Positions 1 to 19,524 of a DNA stretch of 64,000 nucleotides are shown one piece after another (position 1 is the stretch's first letter; the number at the start of each line of letters is the position of its first letter). Position numbers and translations under genes: made by a program. Source of the stretch: the human T2T-CHM13v2.0 reference genome, Homo sapiens; NCBI RefSeq assembly GCF_009914755.1, contig NC_060925.1; one strand, 5' to 3'. The notes beneath the pieces are model-generated. The model was not told where the DNA came from, ran no database searches, and saw only the letters and a program-made list of their open reading frames with translations.

Positions 1-844
1 TCAGGGTAATACTGGCCTTTAGAATGAATTTTAAAGCATTCCATTCTCCTCTACTTTTCAGAATAGTTTGAGTATGATCGGTATTCGTTCTTTTTAAATG
101 TTTGGTAGAATTCAGCAGTGATGCCATTGGGTACTAGGCTTTTCTTCACTGGAAGTCATTATTTGGGTACCAGGCTTTTCTTCATTATTGGGTATCAGGC
201 TTTTCTTCACTGGAAGTCATTATTTGTTTTTGGTCTGCACAGGTTTTGGATTTCTTCATGGTTCAATTTGGTAGGTTGTGTCAAGGAATCCATTTCTTCT
301 AGATTTTCCAATTTATTGGTGTATAGTTGCTCATAATGGTTACTAATAATCCTTTGAATTTTCGAATTTCTGCAGTATAAGGTGTAATGTCTTCCTTTTT
401 TATGTCTAATTTTATTTATTTGAGTCTTCCTTCTTTATTCCTTAGTCTGGTTGCAGGTATGTTAATTTTGTCTAACTTTTCGAAAAACCAACTTTTTGTT
501 TATTGATCTTCTGTATTGGTTTTTTCATTTCAATTTCATTTATTTCTGCTCTGATCATTATTATTTCTTTTCTTCTACTAATTTTGTGTTTGGTTTGTAC
601 TTGCTTTTCTAGTTCTTTAACTAGATTATTTGAAGTTTTTCTTTTTTTCTGATGTAAGCACTTATTACTATTAGTGCTGTCTTTAATGTGTCCCATAGGT
701 TTTCGTGTCTTCTATTTCCATTATAATTTGTTTCAGCAAATTTTTCAGTTTCCTTCTTTATTTCTTCATTGACCCACTGGTCATTAAGGAGCATATATTT
801 AATTTCCATGTTTTCAAATAGTTTCCAAAATTCCTCTTATTTTA

Positions 845-1728
845 TGTATTTATTTAGAGACAGAATCTTGCTCTGTTGCCCAGGCTGGAGTCCAGTAGTA
901 TGAGCTTGGCTCACTGCAACATCTGCCTCCTGGGTTCAAGCGATTCTCCTGCCTCAGCCTCCCAGTGGCTGGGATTACAGGCTTGTGCCACCATGCCTGG
1001 CTAATTTTTGTATTTTTAGTAGAGACGGGGTTTCACCCTGTTGGCCAGTGTGGGAAAGAGTTTCTAGGGTGCCACTTGAGTTGGTCTCCCCTGTGTGAGA
1101 CACCCATGGGAAGCCATGGGTGGCCTCTGAGCAGAAAAGTCTCCTTATTGCCTTCATGTCTTTATACCCTGAGAGCATAACAGCTCAGCGGCATTCCACA
1201 GGTTGCTCAGGGAGATAACACTCCCTTGAAGCAGTGGAGTATAATCAAACATCTGGGCTTCTCCTGAACCCCACTCCCACCCATTTCAGTCCCAATAAGT
1301 TTAAGATCTTAAGTAGTTTAGACACATGCCTTTGCTCAAGGAAAATTCACAGAAACTGCCACTGCTATACATCTTATCGAATGACTCATGAATTCTCCTT
1401 CACTGATTAATCCTTTTCCTCATCCCTTTCTCTCCCTCCCATCTGCCCTAAGAGTAAAGAGCTTGTAAACCAATAAATTGGGCAGAGCCTGAGAGCTCTG
1501 GGCCCTGAGCAAACCTCCGATGCTCCGGCTCCCTGGACCCGCCTTTTAAATGCTTATTCTGTCTCTTTCTAACTCCTTTGTGTCTGCCGGAATTGGGGTG
1601 CCCACTGGGTGGTGTGGGGATGGTTTCCCGAACAGGCCAGGCTGGTCACAAACTCCTGACCTCAAGTGATCTGCCTGCTTCGGCCTCCCAAAGTGCTGGG
1701 AATACAGGCGTGAGCCACCATGCCCAGT
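845..1728 (-). mobile_element. AluS split by an LTR insertion
   Basis: Alu consensus at 845-1048 resumes at 1641. Confidence 0.92.
1049..1634 (+). mobile_element. Solo LTR, betaretrovirus-like (HERV-K group, probably LTR14 family)
   Basis: TG...CA ends, 586 bp, perfect 6-bp TSD GGCCAG (1043-48 and 1635-40), AATAAA at about 1472. Confidence 0.8.
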
Positions 1729-1960
1729 CCTTCTTGCTATTGATTTCTAGTTTTATTCCACTGTGGTCACAGAAAATGATTGATATTACTTCAATTTTTT
1801 GAATATTTTAAGACTTGTTTTGTGATATAACATACAGTCTATCCTTGAGAATAATTAATATTGTGAGGAAAAGAGTGTGAATTCTGCAGCTGTTGGATGA
1901 AATGTTCTGTAAATACCTATTAGGTCCATTTGGTCTATATTGTAGATTAAGTTCAATGTT

Positions 1961-1965
<5 letters not shown>

Positions 1966-2013
<48 letters not shown>

Positions 2014-2118
2014 TATATATACACACACATATATACATATATATACACACACATATATACATATATATACACACACATATATATACATATATATATACAC
2101 ACACACATATATATATGT
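1966..2118. repeat. (TA)n/(CA)n compound microsatellite at the tail of an Alu monomer (2120-2248, minus)
   Basis: Read directly. Confidence 0.95.
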
Positions 2119-4444
2119 ATTTTAAATTTATAGAGATAGGGTCTCACTGTGTTGCCCAGGCTGGTCTCAAGTTCCTGGGCTCAAATGATCCTCCTGCCTT
2201 GGCCTTCCTACGTGCAGGGATTACAGGTGTAAGCCACCATGTCAAGCCTAAGTTTTATGTTTCTTTGTTGATTTTCTATCTGGAAGATCTATTCAATGCT
2301 GAAAGTGGGATGTTAAAGTCTCTAGTCATTATTGTATTGGGGTCTATCTCTCTCTTTAATTCTAATAATATTTGCTTTATGTATCTGGGTCCTCAAGTAT
2401 TAGGTGTATATATATTTAACATTGTTATATTCTCTTGCTGAATTGACCCCTTTATCATTATATAGTGGCTTTCTTTCTCTTTGTATAGTTTTTCTTTAGA
2501 AATCTCTTTTGGCTGATATAAATATGGCTACTCTTGCTGTTTTTGGTCTTCATTGGCAAGGAATATCTTTTTCATCCCTTTATTTTTAGTTTACGTGTGT
2601 CTTTACAGGTTGTAGGCAACAGATCGTTGGGTCTTGTTTTTGTGTCCATTCAGAGTCAGTCTATGTCTTTGAATTAGAAGGTCTAGTCCATTTAAATTTG
2701 ATGTTATTATTGTTAAGTAAGGACTTACTCCTGCTATTTTGTTATTTGTTTTCTGGTTGATTTGTGGGCTTCTCTTCTTCTCTTCCTTCTTTCTTTTTCT
2801 TTCTGTCTTCCTTTTAGTTATGGTGGTTTTCTCTGGTGATAAAATTTAGTTTCTTGCTTTTTATTTTTGGTGTGTTCGTTGTATGTTTTTTGGTGTGAGG
2901 TTACCATAAGGCTTGCAAATACTATCTTATAACTCATTATTTTCAGCCGATAACAGCACTGTTTGCACAAAGAAACAAGCAAAAGGAAAAGAATAAAAAA
3001 GAATGAGACACATCTATAAGATCTAGAAAATAGCCTCAAAAGGGCAAATCTGAGAATTGTTGGCTATAAAGAGGTAGAGAAAGATAGAGGTAGAAAGATC
3101 ATACAGAAAAACAACACAGAACTCCCCAAACCTAGAGAAACATACCAATATCCAACTAAAGAAGGTTACACATTAGAACATCAAGCAGATTTAACCCAAA
3201 GAAGACTACCTCAAGGCATTTAATAATCAAACTCCCAAAAGTCAACAATAAAGAAAGGATCCTAAAAGAAGCGAGAGAAAAGAAACAACACACAATAGAG
3301 CTTCAATATGTCTGGCAGCAGACTTTTTAGTGGAAACCTTATAAGCCAGAAGAGAATGGCATGATATATTTAACATGCTGAAGAAGGAAAAAAAAAAAAA
3401 CCTTTTATCCTAGAGTAGTATATCTGGCAAAAATACTCTTCAAATTCTCTGTCTGAATTTTGAATTCTCTGTCTGAAAGGCCACATATCTCTGTTTCTCC
3501 AGGATTGATCTCTGTTGCCTTATTTAGTTCATTTGGTGAGGTCATGTTTTCCTGGATGGTCTTGATACTTGTAAATGTCTGTCTGTGCCCAGGCATTGAA
3601 TAATTAGGTATTTATTGTAGTCTTTATAGTCTGGGCTTGTTTGTTCCCATTCTTCTTGGGAAGGCTTTTCAGATATTCAAAAGGACTTGGGTGTTATGAT
3701 CTAAGTTGTATCTGCTTTAGGGGGCACCCTAAGCCCACTAATGCTGTGGTTCTTGCAGACTCATGGAAGTACTGCCTTGATGGTCTTCCACAAGATCTGG
3801 AAGAATTCTCTGATTTACAAGGCAAAGAGTCTTGTTTTCTCTTCTTACTTTCTTCTAAACAGTCTCTCTTTCTTTCTGTTTTGAGCCACCTGGAGCTGGC
3901 AGTGGGGTGACACAAGTACTCCTATGGCCACCGCTTCTAGAGCTGTGCTGGGTCAGTCCCAAAACAAGCACAGAACTGGGTCTCACCCAAGGCCTCCTGT
4001 AACCCCTTTCTTGCTACAGCCTTTGTTTGCTCAAAGCTCTGGGGCTCCACAATCAGCATGTGGCAAAGTCAGCCAAGCCTATGTTTGTTCCTTCAGCGTG
4101 GTGAGCTCCCCCAGGCCAGGGACATGTCCAGAGGTGCTATCTGGGAGGCAAGGACTAATGTCAAAAACCTTAGAAGACTACCTAGTGTAATACTGTTCTG
4201 CAGCTGAACTAGCGCTCCAGCCACAAGATGTAGTTCCCATTCTTCCTCCCTTTTCCAAAGGCAGAGGACCCTCACCCCATGGCCACCAGCACAGGCCCAT
4301 GGGCAGTATTACAACACTGCTGCTGATGTCCCCTGAAGGCCCAAGGGCTCTCCATCCAGCTTGTGGCAAATTTTGCCTGACCTAGACTCACCCTTCAGGG
4401 CAGCAGGCTCCCCTGTGGTCCAGGGCACATCCAGAAATGCCATC

Positions 4445-7400
4445 TGTGTTAATTTATTCTTACATTGCAAAACATAATCATGCCTTCCCAACAGTGCCCC
4501 AAAGTCTAAACTCATCCCAGAATTAACTCAAAAGTCCAAAGTCCAAATTCTCATCTATGACAAAGCAAGTCTCTTCCACCTATGAACTTGTAAAATAAAA
4601 AACAAGTTAGTTACTCCCAAGATACAATAGGGGCATAGGCATTGGGTAAATACTCCTGTTCCAAAAGGGAGACATTGGCCAAAAGAAAGGGGCTCCTAGC
4701 CCCATGCAAGTTTGAAACCCAGCAGGGCAGTCATAAATCTTAAAGCTCCAAAATAATTTCTTTTGACTTTATGTCTCAAATCCGTAGCACACTGGTGCAA
4801 GGGATGGGCTCCCAAGACCCTGGGCAGCTCCACCCCTGTGACTTTGCAGGGTTTGCCCCCAGTGGCTGATCTCACAAACTGGTGTTGATTGCCTGCACCA
4901 TTTCCAGACACAGGGAGTAAGCTGCCAGTGGATCTACCATTCCAGGGTCTAGAGGGTGGTGGCTCCCTTCTTACAGCTCCACTAGGCAGTGCCCCAGAAG
5001 GGACTCTGTGTGGGGGCTACACATTTCCCCTCCACACTGCCCTAGTAGAGGTTCCCCATGTGGGATCTGCCTCTGCAGCAGGCTTCCACCTGAATACCCA
5101 GGCTTTCCCACATATCCTCTGAAATCCAGGTGGAGGCTCCCAGGCCTCAACTCTTGTACTCTGTGCACCCACAGGCTTGACACCACGTGGAAGCCACCAG
5201 GCTTACAGCTTGCACCCTCTGAAGCAGTGGCCTGAACTGTGCCTGGGCCTTTTTGAGCCAAGGCTGGAACTGGAATGGGTGGGATGCAGGGAGTTGTGTC
5301 CCAAGGCTGTGCAGGGTGAGCCCTGGTCATGTTACATAAAACCATTTTTCCCTCCTAGGCCTTTGGGCCTGTGATGGGAGGGGCTCTTGCCAAGGTCTCT
5401 GAAATGCCTTTGAGGCCTTTTCCCTATTGTCTTAGCTATCAGCACTTGACTCATTTCTACTTATGCAAATTTCTACAGCATGCTTGAATTCCTCCCCTGA
5501 AAATGGACTTTTCTTATTTCTTCTTTAAAAAAAAAAAAAAGGAATACACGTGCAGAATGTGCAGGTTTGTTACATAGGTATACGTGTGCCATGGTGGTTT
5601 GCTACACCTATTGACCCATCTTCTAAGTTCCCTCCCCTCACCCCACAGACCCCAGCAGGCCCTGGTGTGTGTTGTTCCCCTCTTTGTGTCCATGTGTTCT
5701 CATTGTTCAACTCCCACTTATGAGTGAGAACATGCAGTGTTTGGTTTTCTCTTCCTGTGTGTCAGTTTGCTGGGGATGATGGCTTCCAGCTTCATCCGTG
5801 TCTCTGCAAAGGATATTATCTCATTCCTTTTCATGGCAGCATAGTATTCTATGGTGCATATGTACCACATTTTCTTTATCCAGTCTATCCTTGATGGGCA
5901 TTTGGGTTTGATCCATGTCTTTGCTATTGTAAATAGTGCTGTAATAAACATACATGTGCATGTGTCTTTATAGTACAGTGATTTATATTCCTTTGGGTAT
6001 ATACCCAGTAATGGGATTGCTGGGTCAAATGGTATTTCTGGTTCTACATCCTTGAGGAATCACCATACTGTTTTTCACAATGGTTGAACTAATTTACAGT
6101 CCCAACAATGTAAAAGCGTTCCTATTTCTCCACATCCTCTACAACATCTGTTGTTTCCTGACTTTTTAAAAATCGCCTTTCTAATATGAGATGGTATCTC
6201 ATTATGGTTTTGATTTGCATTTCTCTGATGATCAGTGATGTTGACCTTTTCTTGTTTTTTGGCCACATAAATTTCTTCTTTTGGAAAGTGTCTGTTCATA
6301 TGTTTTGCCCACTTTTTGATGGGGTTGTTTGTTTTTTTCTTGTAGATTTAAGTTCCTTGTAAATTCTGGATATTAACCCTTTGTCAGGTGGGTAGATTGC
6401 AAAAATTTTCTCCCATTCTATAGGTTGCCTGTTTACTCTGATGCTAGTTTCTTTTGCTGTGCAGAAGCTGTTTAATTAGATCCCATTTGTAAATTTTGGC
6501 TTTTGTTGCAATTGTTTTTGGTGTTTTAGTCATGAAGTCTTTGCCCATGCCTATGTCCTGAATGGTATTGCCTAGGTTTTCTTCTAGGGTTTTTCTGGTT
6601 TTGGGTTTTACATTTAAATCTTTAATCCATCTTGAGTTAATTTTTATATAAGGTGTAAAGAAGGGGTCCAGTTTCAGTTTTCTGCATATGGCTAGCCAGT
6701 TTTTGGGCTTTTCTTTTCTACCACATGGCCATGCTGCAAATTTTCCAAACTGTTATGCTCTGCATCCCCTTTAAATATAAGTTCCAACTTTAGATCATTT
6801 CTTTGCTCATGCATATAAGCATAAGCTTTTGGAAGCAACCACTCTACTTCTTGAATGTTTTGTTGTTCAGAAATGTCTACCACCAGATACACTAAATCAT
6901 CATTCTCAAGTTCAAAGCTCCACAAATTTCTAGGGCAGATACACAAAGCAGCCAAGTTCTTTGCTAAGGCATAACAAAAGTGACCTTTGCTCCATTTCTT
7001 AATAAGCTCCTCATTTCCATCTGACAGCCTGGACTTTCATGTCCCTATCACTATCAGCATTTTGGACACAACCATTTAACCAATCTGTAGGATATTCCAA
7101 ACTTTCCATCATCTTCCTGTCTTCTTCTGAACCCTACAAACTCTTCCAACTTCTGCCTGTTACCCAGTTTCAAAGTCACTTCATATTTTCAGGTATCTTT
7201 ATAGCAATGCCCCACTCCTCAGTACCAATTTTCTGTATTAGGCTGTTCTTGCATTGCCATAAACAAACATCTGAAACTGGTTAATGTATAGTAAAAAGAG
7301 GCTCAATTGGCTCAGGATTCCACAGGCTGTACAGGAAGCATGATGCTGGCAACTGCTTAGCTTCTGGGGAGGCCTCTGGAAACTTACAGTCATGGTGGAA

Positions 7401-7657
7401 GATGAAGGGGGAGCAGGCATGTCACATGGCCACAGCAGCAAGAGAAAGATGGGGGAGGGGCTACATGCTTTTAAATAACCAGATCTCATGAGAACTCACT
7501 CACTATTGTGATGACAGTACCAAGGGGGGATAGTGTTAAATTATTCATGAGAAACCACCCCCATGATCTAGTCACCTCTCACCAGGCCCCACCTCCAACT
7601 TTAGGAATTACAACTGAACATGAGATTTGGGTGAGGACACAGATCCAAGCCATATCA
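4445..7657 (-). mobile_element. MaLR (MST-type) element: internal region and one intact LTR (~7234-7657); other LTR reduced to ~20 nt
   Basis: MST/THE1-int-like sequence; LTR ending ccatatca; near-TSD ccatc/ccata. Confidence 0.75.
5520..6700 (-). mobile_element. 5'-truncated L1PA 3' end inserted in the MaLR internal region
   Basis: ORF2 C-terminal remnant (MFITALFTIAKTW...) and L1PA 3'UTR sequence on the minus strand. Confidence 0.85.
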
Positions 7658-10510
7658 CCATAAAAAACCCAAGTCCTTGAATTGAGGACCCCAAGAGCCT
7701 GCTTGGTGCTCTACTCCCCTGTTGCCAAGCTGGTACCTAAGGTGCAAAATAAAGTCCCCTTTACTTTTCCCTCTGCTTTTCTCAAGCAGAAGGAGTCTTG
7801 CCCCATAGCCGCACAGATGGTAATGTGCCGAGTCTCACCTAAAACCAGAACATCTCAGAGTCTCACCATGACTTACTGCCTGGGTATCATGCTCCTTATT
7901 CAGGGCCCAAGGGCTCTTCAGTTAGTGGGTGATGATTCCTGGCAGGCCTGTGTTCTTCCTTTCAAGGTACTGGGTTCCCTTCTGAACCCACGTGTGTCTA
8001 GAAATGTCCAGGAGCCAGGGCTTGGAAAAGGGGCCTCACAACTCTGACTGGTACCCTATTCTGCCGTGGTTGAGTTGGTATCCAAGGTAAAGACAAAGTC
8101 CTACCACTCTTCCCTTTCCTCTCCTCAAGTGGAAGTAAGTGTTCTCTTTTAGAACTACAAACTCTGCAGCCTGGGTGTGGGGAAGGGGTAATGCCAGCAC
8201 TCCCTTAATCACTTTTAGAACTACAAACTCTGCAGCCTGGGTGTAGGGAGGAGTAATGCCAGCACTCCCTTAATTGCTCCAGCTGGTGTCTCAGTGGGTC
8301 ATGTGCCCCCACAGCCCACTGGCTATGAGCCCAGTTCAGCACAGGAACTTGCCTAGGAGTTGCAGCCCTTGTAGCCTAGAATGCCTTTCAAGTTTATTTA
8401 GGGCCCTGGAGCACTTTAGCCTGTGGCAGTGAGGCTTGCAGGTTCTGACTGCTGGGATTGGCGATTTCCCTCTGGCTAGAGCTTGTTTATATGCTCCTTC
8501 CATTGATGGGCATCAGCTGAGTTTTGTTCCATTTTGTTTTCTGCTCTAACAGGGCAGCACTGAGTTCAATGCCTCACAGTTGTTGCACTTTGCCTCTCTC
8601 CAGTGCACAGAATCACTCTCCGCACCATGCCACAGCTGCTTGGGAATGGGGGCGGGATGGTGTTTGTGATTCAAGACTGTTTTTCCTACCTCTTCAATGC
8701 CTCTTTCAGCAATATGAAGTTAAAACCAGGTACTGTGAGTTCACAGTTGATTTTTAGTTCTTATAAAGGTGGTTTTTTTTGTAGATGTTAAATTGGTGTC
8801 CTCGCAGGGAGAATGATTAGTGAAGCCTGTTCTGCCGTCTTGCTCTGCCCTTCCCTTAATTTTGCTTCATGCTTAATTTTTACTTATGTTTACTTATAGT
8901 TTTACTACACTTAAATGTGACTTATGCTTAATATTACTAAGCAGATTAGCTTAAAAACTCTATGTAGTCAAATATATTAATATTTTCCTTCATTGTTTCA
9001 GGATTTGAGACATAGTGAGAAAGTTTTCCATGCTCCCATTTATACAATGATTCATCTATGCATTTTATTCTGGCATTTTTTTTTTTAATTAGAATGGAAT
9101 ATATGGAAACTTTGCTATTTGCATGCATTTACTTTTATGGTTTATAATATGATTTAAGCTTTATTCTTATCCATATTACTATCTAGTTATTCCCACATGA
9201 CTTGTCTTAATATGTCTTCCCCCATTGCTTTAGATATCACCATACATTTATTCGTTTTTCAAGTGGATCTATTTTCCTTTTTCTAGATTGGTTAATCTCT
9301 TTCACTGGAAAGTCTATTATTTTTAATAAGCTAATGGTTTACATTTATAACATTTTATAGAAGGTTTTTTCATTGATGTTAATAAATATGAATGATCTGC
9401 TGTTTTTTTCTTTTGATACCATCTTTGTTAGTATTTGGTACCAACGTTCTATTTACTTCATAAAACATATTTGGAATTTGATTATATAAATGTATCCAAT
9501 TATGACATCTACCCCAAAAATACACACATCTATTACATATCAATAAAAGGTAAAATTTTTTTTAAGTTTGCAAGTTTTCCTTTTTTTCTCAAAAAACCAA
9601 TTTTATAATATTGATATTTTTAAACAATTAAGGATTTCTTTATGACTAATATTTACTCTATTTTAGAAGTATTTTGTGCTACATAAAAATAATTTTATTT
9701 TTGTTTAGTTTATACTTATTCATTTGAGATTAATAATCATGCCTTTGAAAATTTTTAGTGTCTAGGAAGTCTTATTTAGCTGAATATATCCATCAGTCCT
9801 TAGGGGTATAGGCTAAATTTCCTCCCATAGGCAAAAATGTGGATGATTGACATGGAGAAAAGCAGCTCATAACAGTCATCTAATAATAGTGACATGGAAG
9901 AGGACTCCTCCAAGGGAGCTGTGCAGTTGGCAGGCAAGCTTATGAGGATCACACTGAGAAGGGCTCAGCAGGCATGAAGGCCTGGAGTGCTTTTAGCACT
10001 GTTGCAATGGAAAGGAGGGGGTTGCTCTCAGATGTCTCATGGTTTCTTCAGCTAGTGGAAGTCCTCAGAGGAGAACAGAAGATGGTCCCCACATCGTAAG
10101 GTGTGTAGGCCAAGTAATTATATGCCTCCTTTATGTTTTCTTGTCAGTATGTTGAACTAGTGTGGTAACCTGGTTAATTATTGCCAACTCAGGATATAGG
10201 GAGGTTTAAACATCTTTGATTTACATAGAATCAGGGCAAGGATGAATCATGACTGAAAAAGTGTTGGGTCTAGCGTAAATATGCCTTGTGACTACGCAGA
10301 CTTCATGTGAGAAAGTCTCTAAATAGGAGAGGTCACTGCAATAGGAATTGCCATGTTTCTTGTGAATGCCATAGGCTGCATATTGTTGGTTATGTAGACT
10401 AGCTAATGGCTCTCCCCTATAGGACCATAGCTAGCTAAATCCTACTGTTCTGCAGGGACGTGGTGGCCTCTGATGTAGGATGTCCATTATGGAGCTATTT
10501 CCATTCTATA

Positions 10511-10774
10511 TGGGAGACTGAGGCGGGTGGATCACTTGAGGCCAGGACTTCGAGACCACCCTGGCCAACATGGTGAAACCCCATCTCTACTAAAAATACA
10601 AAAATTAGCCGGGCGCGGTGGCATGTGCCTGTAACCCCAGCTATTCAGGAAGCTGAGGCAAGAGAATCCCTTGAGCCTGGGGGGCAGAGGTTGCAGTGAG
10701 CTGAGATCATGCCACTGGATTCCAGCCTAGGTGACAGAGTGAGACTCCATCTCAAAAAAAAAAAAAAAAAAAAA
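10511..10774 (+). mobile_element. 5'-truncated Alu
   Basis: Alu consensus with poly(A) tail. Confidence 0.9.
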
Positions 10775-12370
<1,596 letters not shown>

Positions 12371-12374
12371 AGAG

Positions 12375-12692
12375 GAGTGGAGGGCTGCATCTTGTAAGGG
12401 ACCTTCTTTCTAGTGGAGACTCTGCAGAGTTCCAAGGTAGGCCAGGGCATCACATAGCAACGGGGTTGAGTGCGATAGCTCAGGTCTCTCTTCCTTTACT
12501 TATTAAGCTGCCAGCTCCATTCCTATGATAACCCATTAATCAGGTAATCCATGAATGAGTAACTCATTCATGAGAGCAGAGGCCTCATGGTACAATCACC
12601 TCCTAAAAAGGTCCCATTTCTCAACACTGCCACATTGGGAATTAGGTTTCAACATGAGTTTTTGTGGGGACAAGCCATATTCAAACCACAGC
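12375..12692 (-). mobile_element. MaLR LTR fragment (MST-like)
   Basis: Ends ...attcaaaccacagca; MaLR-type internal motifs. Confidence 0.6.
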
Positions 12693-12777
12693 ACTGGGAC
12701 AGTACATTCTCCCTTTAATGTTGAAGGGATAGAGATTGCCTAGGACATACAGCAGAGAAATCCACCAAGAAGAAAAT

Positions 12778-15865
<3,088 letters not shown>

Positions 15866-16700
15866 GAATATTATTAAACACCCCCCAAATCCAGGTGCTT
15901 TTTTTAGCCTGCGTGACAAAGACATGAGCTCACGATTATTACAGCATCCAGCCGAACAGCAAGGATTCAAAATGAATATGGGAAGATATCTCCCCAAATC
16001 ACTGTCTTATTTTGTCTTATGACTACAGCATTTCTGATTCTTAATTTATTCACAGACCACTTTCATTACATCGCCACTGCGAATACCACCTGTACTGTGT
16101 CAAGTACAAAAAAAACTCCAGACTTGGTAAGGAGTCACTTTATAGAAAAGGATTATTACAAGAGGAAGGGGAAGGGGCTGTTGTAATAGGAAGAGGGGGA
16201 CTATTTCAATAGGGAGAACGCTCCTAAAATGAAATCTGCCAGCATCTCAAAGGTTGGGTAGAAAGGGGTTTTTCTTCTAGAGGGAAGAGTGACTAAAGCT
16301 AAGAAGAATGAAGTGTGGGGAAATGGGAGGAGCCTCATGAAGGGATGGGTGGGAGGTGGGGTGAATGGAGAGTAGATAGAGAATGTTTTATCCAGCGTCC
16401 AGCCTGTTCTCTGGAGGGGCTGTCTGCTGCTCCAGGCTGAGGGTGGGTCCAGGATCAGGGGCCCGGGAGAAGGAGAGTTTGGCTAACCAGCACTCTGTTC
16501 TGGTGGATCGGTGAGTACAGAGAGTCAGCCTAATCATTTGTGGGGCAATGAGTGGGAATTCGGAAGGTCTGTGTGTGGCCTTGTGCCAGGTCAACAAGGG
16601 GACATCTCTTAGAGAGATCTAAGTCATGTGAAGAAGGGAAGTTCTTTGCTGTGTCAACTAAATTAAGGCTGTGGAGGCAGACATAATTTGATAAATGTTT

Positions 16701-17162
16701 TGTAAATCAAAGAGTATCTGAGACAAGTCTCAGTCAATTTAGGAAGTTTATTTTGCCAAGGTTGAGGACACACCCGTGACACAGCTTCAGGAGGTCCTGA
16801 TGACATGTGCCAAGGTGGTCGGGGCGCAGCTCAGTTTTATACATTTTAGGGAGGCATAGGACATCAATCAGCACATACAAAATGTCCATTGGTTCAGTCT
16901 GGAAAGGCAGGACAACTTGAAGCGAGGATGGGGCTTCCAGGTAATAGGTAGATAAGAGACAAAGGGTTGCATTCTTTTGAGTTTCTGATTAGCCTTTCCA
17001 AAGGAAGTCATCAGATACGCATTTATCCCAGTGAGCAGAGGGATGACTTTGAGTTCTGTCTGTCCTCTGTCCACAAACTGTGAGGAAGGTATGTCATTTT
17101 TTTTACTTTTTTTTTTTTTTTTAAATCTTAGTAGCTATTTTTTTGGAATAGAAGGGGAGGCA
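16701..17162 (-). mobile_element. MER4-group LTR, among other LTR-like fragments (~16100-17350)
   Basis: tgtaaatcaaagagtatctgagacaagtctcagtcaatttaggaagtttattttgccaagg resembles the recalled MER4 terminus. Confidence 0.65.
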
Positions 17163-17473
17163 CGATGAGATTTGAGGAACTCAACGCAAAGATTTTTTAC
17201 TCAGGGACAGGATGTAAGCCACGAATCATAAAACCTTCTCCAGGTAGTTAATTTGGACCTGTAGGTTATCAGCTGGAAGCCATTTCCAGGACACAAAGGG
17301 TAGGAAGATTGTTTTGATTCACACTCACAGGGCTCAGGTAAAAGTCACCATTGTCAACCAGTATACTTGAAGTTCTTCCTTTTAACAACTGCAATCAAGT
17401 TCTTTAAAGAAACTTCAGATTGCTCACACAAAAGGACAACCGGTAGCATTTGCCATAAAGAAAGGGTGTCTAA

Positions 17474-17804
<331 letters not shown>

Positions 17805-18099
17805 CTATTGAACTGTAGACACTGGAGTCCAGCTGGGTCTATGAGTTTGAGGTCATTAAATAATGGAGATTAGTAAGTGTCAAAGAAGCCATGAAGGCAT
17901 CCTAGCACTGAAGAAGATTCACTGTGTGATCTCACCAGAAGAGTTGAAGAAAAGAATAACTTTTCAGTATGTAACTTTATGTTTTTAATACTATATCCAT
18001 TTGCCAAACTAAAATTATCTCATTAATTCCCCACTTCGGGAATCCCAAACAATACATTAGGATGCCAGAGAAAATTTTCATAGCAGTTTTTTAAAAAGT

Positions 18100-19010
<911 letters not shown>

Positions 19011-19104
19011 CTCCCTCTTGACTTTTAAATACCCAGCCAGCCCTCTGCATCCAGCCTCCCTTGTCTGCTTTTGTTTTTTGTTTGTTTTTGCTTTTTTTGC
19101 TATA

Positions 19105-19263
19105 TGTATTAGTCCATTTGCACACTGCTATAAAGATACTACCTGAGACTGGGTAATTTTTAAATAAAAGAGGCTTAATTAACTCACAGATCCACATGTC
19201 TGTGGAGGCCTCAAGAAACTTACAATCATGGTGGTAGGAGAAGCAGGCACCTTCTTCACAAGG

Positions 19264-19316
<53 letters not shown>

Positions 19317-19524
19317 GGAGACAAAGGAGGAACTTCCAAACACTTATAAAACCATCAGATCTCGCAAGAGCTCATTCACTATCATCAGAACAGCATGGGG
19401 GACACCCCCATGACCCAATCACCTGCCCCCCTTGACATATGGGGATTACAGGTTCCTCCCTCAACACACGAGGATTACAAATTGAGATGAGATTTGGGTA
19501 GGGACACAGAGCCAAACCATATCA
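19105..19524 (-). mobile_element. MST-type solo LTR with internal (GA)n, inserted in a minus-strand Alu (~19065-19804)
   Basis: tgtattagtcc...ccatatca ends; near-TSD ctata/atata; Alu tail on the left and Alu body on the right. Confidence 0.82.

Larger units (their letters stand above)
1..8850 (-). mobile_element. Old L1 (L1M/L1MA-type) 5'UTR-ORF1-ORF2 N-terminal portion, fragmented by nested insertions
   Basis: Minus-strand remnants: ORF2 (MLLNDQWVNEEIKKE; DLIGIYRTFHPTAAEFTLFSS) and ORF1 start (MTSPNELNKA). 5'UTR-like sequence at about 3600-4440 and 7660-8850. Confidence 0.8.

Noticed and set aside
8146-8275. ~66-bp tandem duplication (similar short ones at ~128-222, 29367-29430, 51264-51350)
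   Set aside because: Ordinary slippage duplications with no functional indication.
9790-10500. Non-Alu, non-L1 stretch that might be a decayed ERV or receptor pseudogene
   Set aside because: No convincing motif in the frames I read; needs a Dfam or tblastx search.
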